Source of the DNA: Candidatus Undinarchaeota archaeon
GTDB lineage: Archaea > SpSt-1190 > JASMDC01
Reading direction: 5' to 3'
NCBI GenBank assembly: GCA_964519305.1
Contig: CAZFHY010000005.1
Span: 96,001-160,000, forward strand
DNA length: 64,000 nucleotides
Part shown: positions 19,104 to 28,492 of the stretch, piece after piece
How positions within the stretch are numbered: the first letter of the stretch is position 1
Layout: each line of letters begins with the position of its first letter
Translations under genes and position numbers: made by a program
The notes under the pieces: model-generated
Told to the model about the DNA's origin: nothing
Seen by the model: only the letters and a program-made list of their open reading frames with translations
Database searches by the model: none

Positions 19104-20525
19104 GTGACCATGGGAACGAACGACGATATCCTAAAGGAGCTACTAGAGACGGAGCGGCTGAAGTTCTGTTTCCAGTGCGGTGTCTGCACCGCGAGCTGCC
19201 CGATGATGGAGCTGCTCCCTCATCACTATAACCCCCGGAGCCTTCTCCAAGGGCTTCCGTTCGATCCTGAGAAGGTCATGAACGGCAAGGCCATCTGGTT
19301 GTGCGCCTGGTGCTATCGATGTCACCAGCGATGCCCCCAGGGACTGAAGGTGCCCGAGCTCCTTCTGCAGATGAAGGATGCTGCGGCCGAGAGGGGGAAC
19401 CTTGAGGCGTTCAAGGAAGCCCTCGACATCATCAAGAACGAGATGCCCCTGCCCGCGATCTGCACGTACATCTGCTTCAATCCACTTCACGGCCACGTGG
19501 AAAAACCACAGGTCGTCGAAGCTCTCAAGGGTTTCATATCCGAGTATGAACAAATGATCAAAGGGGAAGAACCGCCCCCCATCACACATGACGAGAAGAT
19601 CGCCATCGTCGGTTCCGGTCCTGCAGGGCTCACGGCTGCCTGGGAGCTTGCCGGGAATGGGTATCCCGTCACTATCTTCGAGTGCCTGCCCGAGGCCGGG
19701 GGCATGCCGAGAAGGTGCATACCTGAGTTCAGGCTGCCCTCGAAGGCGCTCGACGCCGACATCCAGCGGATCGAGAACCGGGGTGTGGACATCAGGACTG
19801 GGACCAAATCACCTGAGATCGACGACCTCCTAGAGGAGGGCTATCAGGCGGTGTTCGTCGCCACGGGCCTCCATATGAGCAGAAGGATCGGTATCAAGGG
19901 CGAGGACCTGGAAGGGGTCTACGATGTCCTCGACTTCCTCAGCGGGACGAAAACGGGAACACGGTTCGAGCTCGGGGACAAGGTCGTGGTCATCGGAGGA
20001 GGCAATGTGGCCATGGACGGTGCCCGGGCCGCATTGCGGCTCGGTGCCAAGGAGGTCCATATCGTCTGCGGTGAGTCGCGGGAGGAGATGCCTGCGTTCG
20101 AGCCCGAGATCGAGGAGGCCGTTGAAGAGGGCGTTATCCTCCATCCGGGATGGATGCCCACGCGGATCATTGAGAATGAAGGACGATGTACGGGCGTGGA
20201 GAGCCTGAAGTGTCTGTCGGTGTTCGATCCCAAGGGATTATTCTGCCCGAAGGTCGAGGCCGGAACAGAGTCCGTCGTGGAGGGTGATTCCATTATCGTC
20301 GCCATCGGGATGGGATTGGATCCCGGGGTTCTCAGGGCGTTCAAGCTCGCGGGAAGGGGCACCATCATCGCGGACCCGTTCAGTATGGAGTCGAGCCAGC
20401 CCGGTGTGTTCGCCGGTGGGGACGCCGTGTCGGGACCCGCCTCAGCAATGGAGGCGATCATTGCCGGAAAGCGGGCCGCCACATCGATCGACATGTATCT
20501 CACGGGCAGAGCGGAGGGGAGCTGA
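19104..20525 (+). CDS. HdrC-like 2x[4Fe-4S] domain fused to a GltD/NfnB-like FAD/NAD(P) oxidoreductase
   Basis: CFQCGVCTASCP and IWLCAWCYRCHQRCP (HdrC-like); GSGPAG, IPEFRLP, GGGNVAMD, VFAGGD (GltD-like). Confidence 0.85.
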   Translation: MTMGTNDDILKELLETERLKFCFQCGVCTASCPMMELLPHHYNPRSLLQGLPFDPEKVMNGKAIWLCAWCYRCHQRCPQGLKVPELLLQMKDAAAERGNLEAFKEALDIIKNEMPLPAICTYICFNPLHGHVEKPQVVEALKGFISEYEQMIKGEEPPPITHDEKIAIVGSGPAGLTAAWELAGNGYPVTIFECLPEAGGMPRRCIPEFRLPSKALDADIQRIENRGVDIRTGTKSPEIDDLLEEGYQAVFVATGLHMSRRIGIKGEDLEGVYDVLDFLSGTKTGTRFELGDKVVVIGGGNVAMDGARAALRLGAKEVHIVCGESREEMPAFEPEIEEAVEEGVILHPGWMPTRIIENEGRCTGVESLKCLSVFDPKGLFCPKVEAGTESVVEGDSIIVAIGMGLDPGVLRAFKLAGRGTIIADPFSMESSQPGVFAGGDAVSGPASAMEAIIAGKRAATSIDMYLTGRAEGS

Positions 20526-20529
20526 TACC

Positions 20530-22971
20530 ATGGTGAAAGGAAAAGCTAGCAAGAAGGCATCAGAGTCCTCCAGTGATGACAGCGAGATACGTGTCGGTGT
20601 GTACGTTTGTCATTGCGGTCTGAACATCGCCGGATCGGTCGACTGCGTGGATGTCGCCAAGTTCGCGGCCACGCTACCGAACGTCGTCGTCGCGAAGGAC
20701 AACAAGTACTGCTGCTCGGACCCTGGGCAGGAGGAGATCAAGAAGGACATAAAGGAGCAGAGATTGAACAGGGTCGTTGTCGCATCCTGCACACCACGCC
20801 TCCATGAGCCCACCTTCCGGAATGCCTGCGAGGATGCAGGACTGAACAAGTACCTGTTCGAGATGGCCAACATCCGGGACCACTGCAGCTGGGTCCACCT
20901 CTATGAGAAGGAGAAGGGTACCCAGAAGGCAAAGGACCTGGTCCGGATGGCCGTGTCCAAGGTCTCCCTGCTCAAGCCCCAGGTGGAGCTCGAAGTGCCC
21001 GTGATAAGGAAGACCCTTGTCGTCGGCGGCGGAGTCGCCGGGCTCCAGGCCGCATTGGACCTCGGTAACGCGGGATACCAGGTATATCTCGTTGAGAAGG
21101 AACCGAGCATCGGGGGCAGAATGGCCCAGATCGATAAGACATTCCCTACTCTGGACTGCTCCATCTGCATCCTTGCACCGGTGATGTCCGACGTCGGTCG
21201 TCACCCGAACATCGAGCTAATGGCCAACAGCGAGGTCGTGAACGTCGCAGGGTACATCGGGAACTTCACGGTGACGGTCAAGAAGAAGCCGTGGTACGTC
21301 GTTGAGTGCAACAGCTGTGGCGACTGCGCCAAGGTCTGCCCGGTCCAGGTCCCCAACAAGTTCGACGCCAACTTCGCCCCACGCAAGGCCATCTACACGC
21401 CCTTCGCCCAGGCCGTCCCATCGTGCTACATCGTCGACATGGACCACTGCATCAGATGTCATGAGTGCGTCAAGGCGTGCAAGGCCTCGGGTGCAGGGGC
21501 CATCGACCTCAGGCAGGAGCCCGAGGAGGTCGAGATCGAGGTGGGCACAGTCATCATCGCCACCGGTGCGGACGTGTACGATCCCTCAGCGTTGAAAGCG
21601 TACGGGTACGGACGGTTCCCGAACGTCATCAGCGCTCTGGAGTTCGAGCGTATGATCAATGCCGGGGGACCTTCCGGCGGCCACCTTATCCGGCCCAGCG
21701 ACCGCGAGATCCCGAAGTCGGTAGCGTTCGTCCAGTGCGTAGGATCGCGCTCTGAGAAGTGCGGCCAGCCGTACTGCAGCAGCGTCTGTTGCATGAACAC
21801 GCTCAAGGACGCCCTGCTCATCAAGGAGCACTGGCCTGACACCAAGATCTACGTGTTCTACGTGGACATGCGTTGCTTCGGCAAGGGGTACGAGGACCTC
21901 TACCGAAGGGCGAAAGCTGCGGGCGTGGTGTTCATCCGCGGACTGCCCGCCGAGATCTTCGAGCGCAAGGGAGGTGACCTGCGTATGGTCGGGGAGAACA
22001 CCCTGCAGAAGGAGCTGTTCAACATCGAGTGCGAGATGGCTATCCTTTCCATTGGTCTGAAACCGGGAGAGGACGCCGATACGATCCAACGTCTCTTCAA
22101 CCTCTCTAGGACCGCGGACGGATTCTTCATGGAGGCGCACCCCCAGCTCAAGCCAGTGGACGCACCCACCGGGGGGATCTTCTTCGCCGGATGCGCCGAG
22201 TCGCCAAAGGCCATCAAGGACAGCGTGACCCAGGCCGGCGCGGCCGCGGCCCATGCGAACATCCTCATGGCAAGGGGGAAGGTGACCGTGGAGGCCATCA
22301 CGCCACAGTTGATCGAGGAGAAGTGCAGGGGCTGTGGCCTCTGCGCCAAGGTCTGCCCCTATAACGCCATCGCATTCGACAAGGAGACGAAGAAAATTTC
22401 AATCATCGAGGCCGCGTGTCATGGCTGCGGTACCTGTGGTGCGGAATGCCCCACGAACGCCCTTGTCATGCGCCACTTCACCGACGAGCAGATTTTCTCA
22501 CAGATCGACGCGGCCACCGCGGAGAACGCTGACAAGAAGATCGTCGCGTTCTGCTGCAACTGGTGCTCCTACGCAGGCGCGGACTTCGCTGGTGTGAGCC
22601 GCATGCAGTACCCGCCCAGCGTGCGCATCATACGGATGATGTGCTCGGGGAGGATGGCCACGAAGTTCATCGAGCGGGCCTTCGCACGAGGGGCCGCTAC
22701 GGTGCTCGTCTCGGGCTGTCACATCGGCGACTGCCACTACATAGACGCCAACCACTATGCCAAGAAACGTGTGGAGCGCTTCTGGAAGCGGATGGACAAG
22801 CTTGGCCTTGACAAGGACCGGTTGCACCTGGGATGGTTCTCTGCTGCCGAGGGAGAGCGGTTCTCCAACAAGATCAAGGAAATGGACGCCATCGTTGGGA
22901 AGGTGACGAAGGCTGAGCTGGACAAGACGAAGAAAGCCTTCGAGAAAGCCCTAGGGGGTGGTGACCGATGA
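20530..22971 (+). CDS. hdrA: Heterodisulfide reductase subunit A fused to MvhD
   Basis: VYVCHCGLNI, ASCTPRLHE, NIRDHCSWVH, TFPTLDCSIC, QCVGSR, YCSSVCC; C-terminal FCCNWCSYAGAD..MCSGR..GCHIGDCHY (MvhD). Confidence 0.93.
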   Translation: MVKGKASKKASESSSDDSEIRVGVYVCHCGLNIAGSVDCVDVAKFAATLPNVVVAKDNKYCCSDPGQEEIKKDIKEQRLNRVVVASCTPRLHEPTFRNACEDAGLNKYLFEMANIRDHCSWVHLYEKEKGTQKAKDLVRMAVSKVSLLKPQVELEVPVIRKTLVVGGGVAGLQAALDLGNAGYQVYLVEKEPSIGGRMAQIDKTFPTLDCSICILAPVMSDVGRHPNIELMANSEVVNVAGYIGNFTVTVKKKPWYVVECNSCGDCAKVCPVQVPNKFDANFAPRKAIYTPFAQAVPSCYIVDMDHCIRCHECVKACKASGAGAIDLRQEPEEVEIEVGTVIIATGADVYDPSALKAYGYGRFPNVISALEFERMINAGGPSGGHLIRPSDREIPKSVAFVQCVGSRSEKCGQPYCSSVCCMNTLKDALLIKEHWPDTKIYVFYVDMRCFGKGYEDLYRRAKAAGVVFIRGLPAEIFERKGGDLRMVGENTLQKELFNIECEMAILSIGLKPGEDADTIQRLFNLSRTADGFFMEAHPQLKPVDAPTGGIFFAGCAESPKAIKDSVTQAGAAAAHANILMARGKVTVEAITPQLIEEKCRGCGLCAKVCPYNAIAFDKETKKISIIEAACHGCGTCGAECPTNALVMRHFTDEQIFSQIDAATAENADKKIVAFCCNWCSYAGADFAGVSRMQYPPSVRIIRMMCSGRMATKFIERAFARGAATVLVSGCHIGDCHYIDANHYAKKRVERFWKRMDKLGLDKDRLHLGWFSAAEGERFSNKIKEMDAIVGKVTKAELDKTKKAFEKALGGGDR

Positions 22972-24698
22972 GGTGCATGTTGAACACGGGCAGAACGGTC
23001 GGCCAGGGCATGGCCTTAGAGGTCGGCAAGACATCGGCGGAGTACTACGATGAAGTGGCCGTGGCGTTCATGAACGGGGACGACATGGATGACCTGGGGA
23101 TCGCGGAGAACGCGCCCGTCAAGGCCTCTTCGGGCTCAGGTTCTGTCGTTGTCCGGGCAAGAAAGGGTCAGCTAGATCGCGGCAACGTGTTCATCCCCGT
23201 GGGCCCTTGGGCGAACGCCCTCATCGGTGGTGATACCGGGGGTACTGGTATGCCACGGTTCAAGGGCATGTGGATCGAACTATCCAAGACCGAGGACGGG
23301 CCAACATCACTCAACGACCTTCTCCCGAGCAAGGATGAGATCGTCCAAGCTCCCGACCAGTCCCCTCCCCCCACATCTTCCGATGAGGACGAGCGATCGA
23401 TCGTCACGGACGTGGTCTGTCCATTCTGCGGTTGTCTGTGCGACGACGTGGAGCTCGTGATGACAAAGGGGAAGATCACTGACATCGAGATCGGGTGCGA
23501 CATCACCAGGAGCAGGTTCGTCAACTGGGACCGTGACCGGGCGAAGGCCGCGGTGAGGAAGAAGGGAAAGCTCGTGGAAGTACCCCTCAAGGAGGCTTTG
23601 GACAAGGCCGCCGATATCCTGAAGGGAGCGGACTTCCCATTGATCTACGGACTCAGTTCCACCGAGGTCGACGCTCAGCGGCGTGCCATCGAGCTCGCCG
23701 AGCTGCTCGGAGCGACCATCGACAACACATCCTCCGTATGCCATGGACCGACCGTGGTGGCCGCCCAGGACGTCGGCGTGTCAAAATGCACGCTCGGTGA
23801 GGTACGGAACCGGGCGGACCTGGTGATCTACTGGGGATGCAACCCCGCCGAAGCCCATATCAGGCACATCACACGCTATTCGGGGACACCCGAGGGCATG
23901 TACTCTCCTGATGGAAGGGATGATCGCACAATCGTCCACGTGGACGTAAGGGAGACAAAGACCTCCCAGGTGGATCCCCGATGGAAGTACACCTACCAGC
24001 TGGCGGACCAGTTCATCAAGGTCCGGCAGGGCCAGGACTATGAACTCCTGTCCGCGCTTCGGGCCACGCTCAAAGGGCACGATGTGGGTGACGTTGCAGG
24101 CGTCCCGGCCAGCGCCATCAAGGAGCTGGCCGACCGGATGAAGAGCTGTAAGTTCGGTATCATCTTCTTCGGTCTGGGGCTTACCATGTCCGATGGACGT
24201 CACATGAACGTCAATGCGGCCTTGCGCCTTGTCAGGGACCTGAACGACCATACGAAGTTCACCATCCTCCCCATGCGAGGCCATTACAACGTGACGGGGA
24301 TCAACGCGGTCATGACGTGGACCACAGGCTATCCCTTCGCCGTCAACCTATCACGAGGCTACCCGGTGTACAATCCGGGAGAGTTCTCGGCCGTTGACAT
24401 GCTGGCCCGTAAGGAGTGCGATGCCGCGTTAATCATCGCATCTGACCCCGCCGCTAACTTCCCACGGGAAGCGGTCGAACACCTGTCGAAGATACCCACG
24501 ATCGTCATCGATCCGAAGCTCAACCTCACCTCGCCCATCGCCGATGTCCTGATCCCTTCAGCGATCGCCGGTATCGAATGCGAGGGGACCGCCTACAGAA
24601 TGGACGGCATCCCCATCAGGCTCCGAAAGGTGGTCGAGTCCGACCAGCTGCCTGATAAGGTCGTCCTTGAAAAGCTCATCGAGAGGGTGAGACCATGA
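22968..24698 (+). CDS. fwdB: Formylmethanofuran dehydrogenase subunit D-B fusion (second copy)
   Basis: N-terminal LNTGRT..QG, GPWAN, GTGMP.FKG; Pro/Ser linker; CPFCGCLCDD, SVCHGP, MRGHYNV. Confidence 0.92.
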   Translation: MRCMLNTGRTVGQGMALEVGKTSAEYYDEVAVAFMNGDDMDDLGIAENAPVKASSGSGSVVVRARKGQLDRGNVFIPVGPWANALIGGDTGGTGMPRFKGMWIELSKTEDGPTSLNDLLPSKDEIVQAPDQSPPPTSSDEDERSIVTDVVCPFCGCLCDDVELVMTKGKITDIEIGCDITRSRFVNWDRDRAKAAVRKKGKLVEVPLKEALDKAADILKGADFPLIYGLSSTEVDAQRRAIELAELLGATIDNTSSVCHGPTVVAAQDVGVSKCTLGEVRNRADLVIYWGCNPAEAHIRHITRYSGTPEGMYSPDGRDDRTIVHVDVRETKTSQVDPRWKYTYQLADQFIKVRQGQDYELLSALRATLKGHDVGDVAGVPASAIKELADRMKSCKFGIIFFGLGLTMSDGRHMNVNAALRLVRDLNDHTKFTILPMRGHYNVTGINAVMTWTTGYPFAVNLSRGYPVYNPGEFSAVDMLARKECDAALIIASDPAANFPREAVEHLSKIPTIVIDPKLNLTSPIADVLIPSAIAGIECEGTAYRMDGIPIRLRKVVESDQLPDKVVLEKLIERVRP

Positions 24699-26314
24699 GC
24701 CTGATCATAGAGAACGGCACCGTCTACGATCCCGCGAACGGGATCGACGGGGAACGGATGGACATCTTCATCAAGGACGGAAAGATCGTCGAGGAAGCGA
24801 AGGGAAAGGTCATCGATGCCACGGGCCTCATCGTCCTCCCGGGCGGTATGGACATACATACCCACATCGCTGGAGGGAAGGTGAACCTTGGCCGGCTGTT
24901 CAGACCGGAGGACCATCGCAAGGATCCTGTGCCGAGGACCGCGGTCTCGCGTGCGGGGACGGGATACTCGGTCCCGACGACCTACGTGACAGGGTACCGT
25001 TACGCGACCATGGGATACACCACGGTGATGGAACCGGCGATCACCCCGCTCTCGGCCCGTCACACGCACGAGGAGCTGGTCGACACACCCATCCTGGACA
25101 AGGCGGGCTACACCCTCCTTGGTAACAACCACTTCGTCATGCACTACATCAAGGAGGGGGACCGGGAGAATCTCAAGAACACCGTTGCCTGGTTCCTGGG
25201 TGCGTCGAAGGGGTACGCCGTGAAACTTGTGAATCCCGGTGGTGTGGAGAACTGGAAGTGGGGCCGTGACGTGGAGAGCCTCGACGATCCAGTGGACAAC
25301 TACGAGGTCACACCACGGGAGGTGCTCGCAGGTCTCGCCAGAGCGAACGAGGAGCTGGGCCTCCCTCATCCCATCCACGTGCACGCCAACAATCTGGGCA
25401 TGCCCGGTAACTATGAGACCACCATCAAGACCATCGACGCCGTCAAGGAGCGTCTCCATCTCACTCACCTGCAGTTCCAGGCGTACACCGGCGAGGGATG
25501 GAAGGACTTCGGTTCCGGGATGGCCGAAATCGCGAAGCTGATCAACAAGCGCGACAACGTGACCTGCGACATGGGACAGGTGATTTTCGACGACACTACC
25601 ACCATGACCGCTGATGGTCCGGCACAGCACCATCTGTACAAGCTGACGAAGAACAAGTGGTTCAACGCGGACGTCGAGATGGAGACGGGGGCCGGCATAG
25701 TCCCGTACAGGTACTTGGAGAGGAATCCGGTCAACGCAGTGCAGTGGGCCATCGGGCTCGAGGTCGCGCTCATGATCACGGATCCCTGGAAGGTAAGCCT
25801 CACGACCGACCACCCCAACGGCGGTCCTTTCTACCACTACCCGAAAATCATCTCTTGGTTGATGAGCAAGAAGGAGCGAGAGACCACCCTTGGTACGATC
25901 CACAAGGCCGCGGCCGCCAGGGCGGCACTGGCGAGCCTTGACAGGGAGTACTCGCTCTATGAGATCGCAGTGATAACGCGAGCGGCCACTGCCAAGGCTC
26001 TCGGGCTAACAGGGAAGGGGCATCTGGGTGTCGGGGCCGACGCGGACCTGGCCATCTACCGTTTCTCAGAGGACGATATCGAGGGCTCGTTCAAACGCAC
26101 GGTCTACACGATCAAGGACGGAAAGATCGTCGTGAAGAACGGGGCCGTGGTCGACACGCCCGAGGGCAGGACCTATTGGATAGATGCTGGTGGTGAGCTC
26201 ACCGACGAGGACCGTCAGGTGTTCACGAAGTACTACACGATGACACCGGATAACTACCCCGTGCAGGCCGAGTATCTGCCACGAGGGGAAGCTGTTCGAA
26301 CCGGAGGGAGCTAA
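24695..26314 (+). CDS. fwdA: Formylmethanofuran dehydrogenase subunit A (second copy)
   Basis: DIHTHIAG, KLVNPGG, HVHANNLG, TTDHPNGGPF; clear paralog of 16633-18309. Confidence 0.94.
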   Translation: MSLIIENGTVYDPANGIDGERMDIFIKDGKIVEEAKGKVIDATGLIVLPGGMDIHTHIAGGKVNLGRLFRPEDHRKDPVPRTAVSRAGTGYSVPTTYVTGYRYATMGYTTVMEPAITPLSARHTHEELVDTPILDKAGYTLLGNNHFVMHYIKEGDRENLKNTVAWFLGASKGYAVKLVNPGGVENWKWGRDVESLDDPVDNYEVTPREVLAGLARANEELGLPHPIHVHANNLGMPGNYETTIKTIDAVKERLHLTHLQFQAYTGEGWKDFGSGMAEIAKLINKRDNVTCDMGQVIFDDTTTMTADGPAQHHLYKLTKNKWFNADVEMETGAGIVPYRYLERNPVNAVQWAIGLEVALMITDPWKVSLTTDHPNGGPFYHYPKIISWLMSKKERETTLGTIHKAAAARAALASLDREYSLYEIAVITRAATAKALGLTGKGHLGVGADADLAIYRFSEDDIEGSFKRTVYTIKDGKIVVKNGAVVDTPEGRTYWIDAGGELTDEDRQVFTKYYTMTPDNYPVQAEYLPRGEAVRTGGS

Positions 26315-26315
26315 G

Positions 26316-27125
26316 ATGGTCGTTCTCAAACCCAAGACCGAGTTCACGGTACCTGTCGAGGCAGAATGTATATCGCCCGATGTCTTCGCTGCACGGCCTG
26401 CAAAGGAGCTGGGAAAGCTCGAAGTGCTGTGGGGGAACAAGCTCAAGCCGCTGAGTGAGCTGTTCGAGATCGATCCATCAGGCAAGCTGGACGAGATCGT
26501 CATCGAGGGCGATGTCAGCGCCGTCAAGCACATCGGAGCACGGATGACCACGGGCCTGATAACCATCCACGGGAACGTCGGGATGCACCTCGGCAGAGAG
26601 ATGGACGGCGGCAGGATCATCGTCCACGGGGATGTCGGGGACTGGCTCGGCGCCGAGATGAAGGACGGCACCATCCAGGTCACTGGAAACGCTGGCCACC
26701 TAGCCGGAGCCGGCTACCGGGGCTCGAAGTCCGGTATGGCGGGCGGCACCATCATCATCGAAGGGAATGCTGGCGATGAGGTCGGGGAGCTGATGTGCGG
26801 CGGTACGATCGCCGTCGCTGGCGATCTGGGGACCTTCGCGGGGACGCTCATGACCGGTGGGACCATCGTGTGCCTCGGTGCTCTTGGCGGGCGGGCTGGG
26901 GGTGCGATGGAAGGTGGTACCATCATCGCCCTCACAACACCGCGGCTGCTCCCCACGTTCATCACACAGGGAGCCGATCGCCCTGCCCACGTAGGGGAGC
27001 TCCTGCAGCAGCTTAAGGGCAACGGATTCCCGCTCGCAGAGGAGCATATCGGAGCGCTCTTTGACAGGTACGAAGGTGATATTGCAGGTAAGGGAAAGGG
27101 CGAGGTCCTCGTCAGGATAGGATGA
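26316..27125 (+). CDS. fwdC: Formylmethanofuran dehydrogenase subunit C (second copy)
   Basis: VEAECISPD, GxxMxxG repeats, YRG..GMAGG, GD..GKGE. Confidence 0.92.
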   Translation: MVVLKPKTEFTVPVEAECISPDVFAARPAKELGKLEVLWGNKLKPLSELFEIDPSGKLDEIVIEGDVSAVKHIGARMTTGLITIHGNVGMHLGREMDGGRIIVHGDVGDWLGAEMKDGTIQVTGNAGHLAGAGYRGSKSGMAGGTIIIEGNAGDEVGELMCGGTIAVAGDLGTFAGTLMTGGTIVCLGALGGRAGGAMEGGTIIALTTPRLLPTFITQGADRPAHVGELLQQLKGNGFPLAEEHIGALFDRYEGDIAGKGKGEVLVRIG

Positions 27126-27146
27126 CATACCAGGAAGGTTCTCATT

Positions 27147-28076
27147 ATGGGACTCAACGAAAGCAGCCTCGGGCTCGTCGAGCAATTGAAGGAAAGGTGC
27201 CCTACGCAGACCCTCGACTGTGGCGCCACGGTGATCGACTGCGGTGTGTCATGGAAAGGGAGCGTTCAGGCAGGGCTATTGTTCGCCAAGATCACCTTAG
27301 GAGGGCTGGCCGAGGTCCAGCTGTCAACCAGAAACGAGAAGGACCTGACCTACCCCGTGGTCGAGGTCCGCACCGACCACCCGACGACGGCCACCATCGC
27401 CTCGCAGATGGCAGGATGGCAGGTTGTCGCCGGGAAGTTCTTCGGCATGGGATCAGGTCCGGCCAGGGCGCTGGCCCTTAAACCCAAGGACGTTTACGAG
27501 GCCATCGACCACCAGCGCGAGGACGATGATGTTGCGGTACTATGCCTTGAGTCGAGTTCGCTCCCGAGCGATGATATTGCGAGGACCGTTGCCAAGGAGT
27601 GTGGTATCAAACCGCGGGACGTTCACCTTCTCGTGGCGCGGACGGACAGTATTACCTCATCGGTCCAGCTGGCAAGTCGGACGCTCGAGATGGGTACGTT
27701 CCGGATGCTCGACGTGCTCAAGTTCGACGTGCGGAAGGTCGTCTCGGCCTTCGGTGTTGCTCCGTTGGCACCCGTGTACAAGGGACTTGCTGCCATGGGG
27801 GCCACAAACGATGCCCTCATCTACGGGGGCGACAACCTGTACTTCATCGACGGCTTCAGTCAAGAGCTAACCGACAAGGTCGTCTCCGAGGGGTCCAAGA
27901 GCTACGGCAAGCGGTTCGAGCAGTTGTTCAAGGAGGCCGGGAAGGACTTCTATAAGATGGACCACGATATATTCGCCCCTGCCAAGGTAACGGTCAACGA
28001 CCTTGCTGCAGGGAGGGTGTATTGCGCCGGACACATCAACCTTGACGTGCTCCGAAAGGTGTTCGCTCAGTCTTGA
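27147..28076 (+). CDS. mch: Methenyl-H4MPT cyclohydrolase
   Basis: IDCGV, SQMAGW, GSGPARAL, TNDALIYGG, DFYKMD..FAPA. Confidence 0.93.
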   Translation: MGLNESSLGLVEQLKERCPTQTLDCGATVIDCGVSWKGSVQAGLLFAKITLGGLAEVQLSTRNEKDLTYPVVEVRTDHPTTATIASQMAGWQVVAGKFFGMGSGPARALALKPKDVYEAIDHQREDDDVAVLCLESSSLPSDDIARTVAKECGIKPRDVHLLVARTDSITSSVQLASRTLEMGTFRMLDVLKFDVRKVVSAFGVAPLAPVYKGLAAMGATNDALIYGGDNLYFIDGFSQELTDKVVSEGSKSYGKRFEQLFKEAGKDFYKMDHDIFAPAKVTVNDLAAGRVYCAGHINLDVLRKVFAQS

Positions 28077-28197
28077 GGTCGTAAGAAACACAAAGGACAG
28101 GTATTTGAACCACGGGGTATAACTATTGTTATCTATCTTTACGGCCAAGTCAGGATTTAAGTCATTTACACAGCCCGTGCACGAAGGAGAGATCATC

Positions 28198-28446
28198 ATG
28201 TTGGACAAATGCCCTGGAGCGGAAAAACTAAGGCGCCCTTCCATCATCTTAAAGAGCTGTCCCGAGTGTGGTGAGGAGATTGAACTGTTCACTACGGACG
28301 CCAAGATGGACTGTCCGGAGTGCGGTTTCACAGTGTACAATGATGCGATGTCCTGTGTCCAATGGTGCAAGTACGCCAAGGAGTGCGTTGGGGACGAGAT
28401 CTACGAAGAGATGATGAAGAGGCTCGAACAGAAAGCCACAGAGTGA
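28198..28446 (+). CDS. Small 8-Cys metal-binding (zinc-ribbon-like) protein
   Basis: CPG..CPECG..CPECG..CVQWC..EC; AAGGAG RBS upstream. Confidence 0.75.
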   Translation: MLDKCPGAEKLRRPSIILKSCPECGEEIELFTTDAKMDCPECGFTVYNDAMSCVQWCKYAKECVGDEIYEEMMKRLEQKATE

Positions 28447-28492
28447 TGCCCCGATAACTGGATAGGACGCCCGATCCTTACTCGAAAGCCAG

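Noticed and set aside
15264-24698. Possible selenocysteine in FwdB, HdrA or MvhD
   Set aside because: All relevant positions are Cys in uninterrupted ORFs; no in-frame TGA.
4967-28076. Methanogenesis gene cluster
   Set aside because: No mcr, mtr or hdrB in the window; the genes support only an H4MPT-type WLP.
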